Shown: positions 59,534-64,000 of the stretch, piece by piece
Position numbering within the stretch: position 1 is the first letter of the stretch
Layout of the letters: every line of letters begins with the position of its first letter
NCBI GenBank assembly: GCA_963727505.1
Contig: CAVSGP010000005.1
Location: 32,001-96,000 of the forward strand
Reading direction: 5' to 3'
Origin: an uncultured Trueperaceae bacterium
Lineage (GTDB): Bacteria; Deinococcota; Deinococci; Deinococcales; Trueperaceae
Length of the DNA stretch: 64,000 nucleotides
Translations under genes and position numbers: made by a program
Notes under the pieces: generated by a model
What the model saw: only the letters and a program-made list of their open reading frames with translations
The model's database searches: none
Told to the model about the DNA's origin: nothing

Positions 59534-62500
59534 GGCCTCGACCGCGACGCTCCACCAGCGCGTGAGGCGCTCCGCCTCCCCCAACAGGTCCTCGGCGGCG
59601 CGCGCGTCCGAGAGGTCGCCCGCTGCCGTCCCCTGCGCCGCGAGCGCCTCCAGCACACGCTGACGCAATCCCGCTTCGTCGAGCGCCGGCCGGTCGTCGA
59701 GGTAGCCGTGGTCGAGAAGCCACTCCCGCAGCTGCTCGCGGGCGTCATTGCGGAAGCGCGCCACCTCGCCGTTCTCGAGCCCCACCAGCAATGCGCGGGC
59801 ATCCCCCCCGACGCGGGTGGAGAGGTCGTCGACCCGGTCGAGGAAGGTGGGCGTAACGGCGTCCGAGGCCTCGAGCGCGGGCCGGTCGACGGGGCGCCCT
59901 CGGCCGCGCCGCCAGCCTTCCAGGAACGGGTCGACCGCAGCGGCTCGCGCCTCGAGGCGTGCACGCTCGGCGCCGGTCAGGAGCGTGCGAGCGCCGTCGC
60001 CCCTCAGGAACGCCCGCATCGTGCCCAGGTGCTCGACGCCCGCGCGCAAGAGGCGGTGGAGTAGCGGCAGATCGTCGCGCAGCAGGTGGAAGAGGTGGCA
60101 CGCGTCGCCCGGCCGCCACGGGTCGACGGGGGGCACGCCCAGCGCGGCTCCGTACGCCTCCGGGGTGGTGCCGTCGGGCGCGGGAGGGTCGTTGTGGGCG
60201 GGAAGGGCGAGCGCTTCGGGCCCCGCGACGGCCTGGCCGAGGCGCCGCACGCGTGCGATGTCGATCAGGTGGGGTGCCCCGTCGCGCTCGGCCGCGGCTC
60301 CGTCGCGTGCCGAAGGCGTGGCGTCCCGCTCCGTCCGGGCATCCCAGAGGAGGGCGTCCTCGGGGCGGGCGGTGAGGTAGAAGAGCTGCCGGCCCCCCTC
60401 TCGCGCCAGCACGCTCAGGCTGCGGCCCACCGCGCGGAACCGTTCGACGTCGGCGGTGGTGAGCGCCTCGTCCAGGAACAGCGGCAGCGGCGCTCGTCCT
60501 CTCTCGGCCTCCGTGGCGAACGCCACCCGCACCGCCAGCAGGAGCTGCGCACGCGTTCCCGTGGAGAGCTCGGTCAGCGAGCGACGTTCACCGCTGGCGG
60601 TCTCCCGGGCCGCGAAATCGCCCTGGCGGCCGCCATCGAACAGCAGCTCGTACTGGTCGCGCGTGAAGCGGCGGAACCAGCTCGCGGCGCGCCGCAGCGC
60701 GTCGGGCTGGCTGGTCTGCTCGTGCTCGGTCTCGACCGTGTCGAGCAGGAAGGCTCCGGCCTCGGCGTAGAGAGCCTCGTCGAGCCGATCGTCGAGCGTG
60801 TCGGCGGCCTCCTGCCGCTCCTGACGCGCGCGTTCGAGATCGCGCTCGGTTCCTGCCCGCCGGACGCGTTCGCGCGTGACGGCGATCCTCTCGGAGATCT
60901 CCTTGGCGGCTGCCGCCGTCTGCCGCAGCTCCGCGCGGCCGGCGCGAAGCCCCTCGGCATCGTCGGCGTCGGCGCGTTCGAGCAGGTCCGAGCGGTGCGC
61001 CAGCTCCTGGCGCCGATCGCCCTCCCGCAGCTCGGCGGCGCGCAACGCCTCGCTCCGCTGCCGGTAGGCGTCGAGGCGTCCGAGCCGCTGGTGGAGTTGC
61101 CGTTCGGCGTCGCGCAGCCCCGCTGCACCGTCGCCGGAGTCCATCCCGGCGCCCGCGAGGAGGGCGCGAACCGCGGCGCGCGCCCGCTCCAGGTCGCGCT
61201 CGGTGCGTTCGATGGCGGCCCGCGCGCCCTCCCGGTCCTTGCGCGCGTCGTCACGCATCGTCAGGCGTCCGGAGAGAGCGCTCCAGCGCGACTCGAGCAA
61301 CGTGACCGGAGGCGCGGGCTCGTCGACCGTCTCGCCGTGCTCGTCCAGGAACGCCTGCAGGGCGGCCGTGGAGGCGTCGAGACGTTGGCGGCGCGGTGCG
61401 CGCTTGGCCTCGATGCCGCGCAGCTTGACTTCGGCGCGGTCGACCGCGTCGACCAGGCGGAGCCAGCGCTCGAGCCCGGCGTCGAGCACGGTGGGGTCGA
61501 AGCCCACGCGCTCCGCCAGCTCGCCGAGAATGCGCTCGGCCTCGACCTGCCGGGCCTGCGCCGCCGCCCGCCGACGCTCGGCCTCGGCGCGCTGTTCCAG
61601 CTGCGTGCGCAGGCCCTCGGCGCGGGCGACGGCAGCTTCGAGGGTGTCGAGACGACGGCGAATGCCCGGCGCGTCCCAGGTCTCGGGCGCGGTGAGGCCG
61701 CTCCGGCGGAAGCGCTCGCGCGCCTGGTCTCGCTCGCGGGCGGCCGCGCCGTCGCGGAGCAGCAGCGGCAGGCCTACGAGCAGCACGCCCGCAAGACCGG
61801 CCAGCAGCAGCGTCTGCGCCCCGCCCAGGAAAGCGAGCACGAGCGCGCCGCCGCCTCCTCCGAGCACGAGCGCCAGGCCGAGCCCGCGCGCCGCCGTCCA
61901 GCGCGGCCTGCGGGCGGCGGAGAGCCATCCCGCCAGGGCGTCACGCGCCGTCTTCAGGCGCTCCGGGGGTTCCTCCTCGTCGTCGGGCGTGGGCAACCGG
62001 TCGAGCTCGTGCCGGAGCTCGCGCAGCTCCGCGTCGACCGAGCGCTTCGCCTCCAGCGCCCCGTCGACGGCGCTCAGGGTGGGCGGGTCGAGCTTCGGAC
62101 CCGGGTCCGGGCGGGCCTCCGGGCCGAACGCGCGCCGCGCCAACTCGAGCTCCGCTTGCGCCTCGTGGCGACGGTCCTCCAGGGCCGCGAGCTCCGAAGC
62201 CTCGCGTTGCATCTCCTTCAGGAACTGGTTGCGTTCCTCGAGGTCCGATCGCTTCAGTGCGCTGTGCTCGAGCCCGGAGGTCTTCAGGGTCTGGCCCGCC
62301 TCTTCGTCGCGGCGCCGCGCGGCCGCGAGCTCCGCTTCGGACGCTTCGATCTCGGTGTGCAGGGCATCGAGCCGTTCCGCCTCGCCGCCTAGCAGGTGCT
62401 TCATGCCCCGCGGGAAGCCGTCGAGCTCGGCTCGCGCGCGCTCGACCTCGCGCCGCGCCTCGATGAGACCGAGCGCGTGGTCGTGGTCGTCGGCGTCGTG

Positions 62501-63085
62501 CGCCGCGGCCTCCGCCTCCCGCTCCTGCCGGAGCCAGCGTTCGATCTGCTCCTCCTGCTGGATTAGTTGCTCGCGTTCGCGCAGCACCGCGTTGAGCGCC
62601 TCGGTCGCGCGCTGGAGGCGCTTCGCTTCGCTCTGGCCGCTCCCGCGGCCGCGGAAGGGCCCGCGCTCGCGGACCTCGGCGAGGTCGTAGCCGCCGGACA
62701 GTTCGAGCGCGAGCTGTCGCGCGATGTGCGCGTCGGTCGTGCCGGGCGCGGTGAGGTCCTCGACGCCGAGCGTGTAGCAGCCGAGAAGGTGATGCTCGGG
62801 CAGGGACGGTCGCGGCACCGCCCGGCCGTCGCGGCTCCAGCTCACTGCGTCGCCGGCACGGCTCACCCGCAGCTCGCCGTCGTCGTCCTCGAACAGGGCT
62901 TCCAGGATCACGCCGGAGCCGCGCTGCTCCTCGGGGTAGAGCAGGGCCTGCACGGCGCGCAGCACGCTGCTCTTGCCCGACGCGTTGGGCCCGACCACGA
63001 CGTTCACGCCCGGATCGACGTCGGTCAGCTCGAAGCCGGGGTGGATGCCCGGCAGCCGGTCGACGCGGAGCCGTCGCAGTCTCAT
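59525..63085 (-). CDS. YhaN/SbcE-like Rad50/SMC-family ATPase with central TM hairpin and C-terminal extension
   Basis: Walker A GPNASGKS, long coiled coil, LSTGTRAQL signature and LFLDEAL Walker B. Confidence 0.88.
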   Translation of the reverse strand: MRLRRLRVDRLPGIHPGFELTDVDPGVNVVVGPNASGKSSVLRAVQALLYPEEQRGSGVILEALFEDDDGELRVSRAGDAVSWSRDGRAVPRPSLPEHHLLGCYTLGVEDLTAPGTTDAHIARQLALELSGGYDLAEVRERGPFRGRGSGQSEAKRLQRATEALNAVLREREQLIQQEEQIERWLRQEREAEAAAHDADDHDHALGLIEARREVERARAELDGFPRGMKHLLGGEAERLDALHTEIEASEAELAAARRRDEEAGQTLKTSGLEHSALKRSDLEERNQFLKEMQREASELAALEDRRHEAQAELELARRAFGPEARPDPGPKLDPPTLSAVDGALEAKRSVDAELRELRHELDRLPTPDDEEEPPERLKTARDALAGWLSAARRPRWTAARGLGLALVLGGGGGALVLAFLGGAQTLLLAGLAGVLLVGLPLLLRDGAAARERDQARERFRRSGLTAPETWDAPGIRRRLDTLEAAVARAEGLRTQLEQRAEAERRRAAAQARQVEAERILGELAERVGFDPTVLDAGLERWLRLVDAVDRAEVKLRGIEAKRAPRRQRLDASTAALQAFLDEHGETVDEPAPPVTLLESRWSALSGRLTMRDDARKDREGARAAIERTERDLERARAAVRALLAGAGMDSGDGAAGLRDAERQLHQRLGRLDAYRQRSEALRAAELREGDRRQELAHRSDLLERADADDAEGLRAGRAELRQTAAAAKEISERIAVTRERVRRAGTERDLERARQERQEAADTLDDRLDEALYAEAGAFLLDTVETEHEQTSQPDALRRAASWFRRFTRDQYELLFDGGRQGDFAARETASGERRSLTELSTGTRAQLLLAVRVAFATEAERGRAPLPLFLDEALTTADVERFRAVGRSLSVLAREGGRQLFYLTARPEDALLWDARTERDATPSARDGAAAERDGAPHLIDIARVRRLGQAVAGPEALALPAHNDPPAPDGTTPEAYGAALGVPPVDPWRPGDACHLFHLLRDDLPLLHRLLRAGVEHLGTMRAFLRGDGARTLLTGAERARLEARAAAVDPFLEGWRRGRGRPVDRPALEASDAVTPTFLDRVDDLSTRVGGDARALLVGLENGEVARFRNDAREQLREWLLDHGYLDDRPALDEAGLRQRVLEALAAQGTAAGDLSDARAAEDLLGEAERLTRWWSVAVEAGA

Positions 63086-64000
63086 ACGGCCGGCTCCTTC
63101 TGGGCCAGCAGCGCGTCGAGTGCGTCCAGGGCGGCGGCCTCGAGCAGCGCGGCGACGCGCCCCTCGTCGGGAGGCGCGGCTCCGGTCGCGCTGAGGTGGC
63201 GGCGCTGGGGCACCTCGGCGAGCCGCCGGCTCGCCGCCCGGAGGAGCGCCTGTCGCGCCTCCGGCTCGCCCCGCCCTTGCAGCAGCAGCAGCTTGCGGGC
63301 GAGCAGGCCCACCGGATCGGCGCTGCGCGCCAGCGCCTCGAGGTCCCGTTCGGGGAGGGCCTTCAGCGAGGTGGCGTGCACGAAGTAGGTGGTGCCGTCG
63401 TGAGGGTAGAGACCCGATCGCGGGTCGGCGGCGGCCAACGCCTGGGCCACGCCGGCACGCAGGGCCGTGCGTCCGGTCAGGAGCAGGCGGCATCCGACGG
63501 CGGCCGCGCGGAACGGCGCCTCGGCGAGGGCGGCATGCAGCGCATCGATCGCCGCCGTGATGCGCACCGTGACGTCGGCAGGGTCGGCGAGGCCGTCCAG
63601 CGGAACTTCGACCGTCTCCCAGCGCAGCGGCGCCAGCGGTAGCGCGCTCAGCTGCAGGGTGCCGTCGGGGTCGACCTCCAGCATCCAGGCGCCGTGCGGC
63701 CCCGGCTCGCCCGGGTCGGTGCCCACCAGCGAGCCGAGGTAACCGATCGGCCGCGGGCCCGGCGTGATGTCGGGCCGGTGCACGTGCCCCAGCAGCCAGG
63801 CGTCGACCGGCGCCGCCTGCAGATCGGCCGAACGCACGGGGGCGTAGCGGCTGCCGGTCTGGTCGCGGTCGGCGTGGAGGAGCCCGATGGTGGTCTCGTG
63901 TGCGCGTGCCGGCAACCCTGCTGCCAGCGGGTCGTCGGGCGCCACGCGCGCCGGGAACGACCAGCCGAGCACGCGCACGTGGACGCCGTCCGAGCCGTGC
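63082..64000 (-). CDS. YhaO/SbcD-like Mre11-family metallophosphoesterase nuclease (5' end outside window)
   Basis: IGLLH, YAP, WLLGHVH and YLGS....PGE.G.HG motifs; ATGA overlap with the ATPase gene. Confidence 0.88.
   Translation of the reverse strand, partial: HGSDGVHVRVLGWSFPARVAPDDPLAAGLPARAHETTIGLLHADRDQTGSRYAPVRSADLQAAPVDAWLLGHVHRPDITPGPRPIGYLGSLVGTDPGEPGPHGAWMLEVDPDGTLQLSALPLAPLRWETVEVPLDGLADPADVTVRITAAIDALHAALAEAPFRAAAVGCRLLLTGRTALRAGVAQALAAADPRSGLYPHDGTTYFVHATSLKALPERDLEALARSADPVGLLARKLLLLQGRGEPEARQALLRAASRRLAEVPQRRHLSATGAAPPDEGRVAALLEAAALDALDALLAQKEPAV

Overview
Very GC-rich bacterial chromosomal window. It is probably Deinococcota (Truepera/Deinococcus-like); this is inferred from a DUF4900-type minor-pilin operon, AFAQ-ending signal peptides and apparently leaderless genes. 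I found no rRNA, tRNA, CRISPR array or transposase. Layout: (1) 1-6 kb, oxidoreductase/hydrolase genes, including an unusual FCD-cupin fusion with no HTH. (2) 6-22.7 kb, a sugar region with five LacI-type operators, containing araBDA, two ABC importers, a polyol dehydrogenase and a PMI-like isomerase/class II aldolase/PfkB trio with altered phosphate-binding motifs. (3) 22.8-27.8 kb, a complete hydroxyproline catabolic set. (4) 28.9-37.9 kb, an IclR-associated cassette (creatininase-like, ABC, DgaE/SelA-like PLP lyase, COG3964 amidohydrolase, RidA, KdgK-like kinase) that looks like a PTS-independent route for an N-acyl amino-sugar acid. (5) 38-46 kb, ClC, NHL lipoprotein, P450, HisJ-family phosphatase, C1A protease and MFS. 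(6) 46-53 kb, a minor-pilin operon with a frameshifted adhesin gene, a cupredoxin and a LysM coiled-coil lipoprotein. (7) 53-64 kb, miscellaneous enzymes, a LacD-like aldolase, a 15-bp intergenic VNTR and a YhaO/YhaN (SbcEF-like) nuclease/SMC-ATPase pair. All functions come from motif recognition by eye, not database searches, and many start codons were re-picked from RBS or stop/start overlap evidence. The best candidates for an undescribed system are the 28.9-37.9 kb cassette and the modified isomerase-kinase-aldolase pathway at 10.2-17.4 kb.
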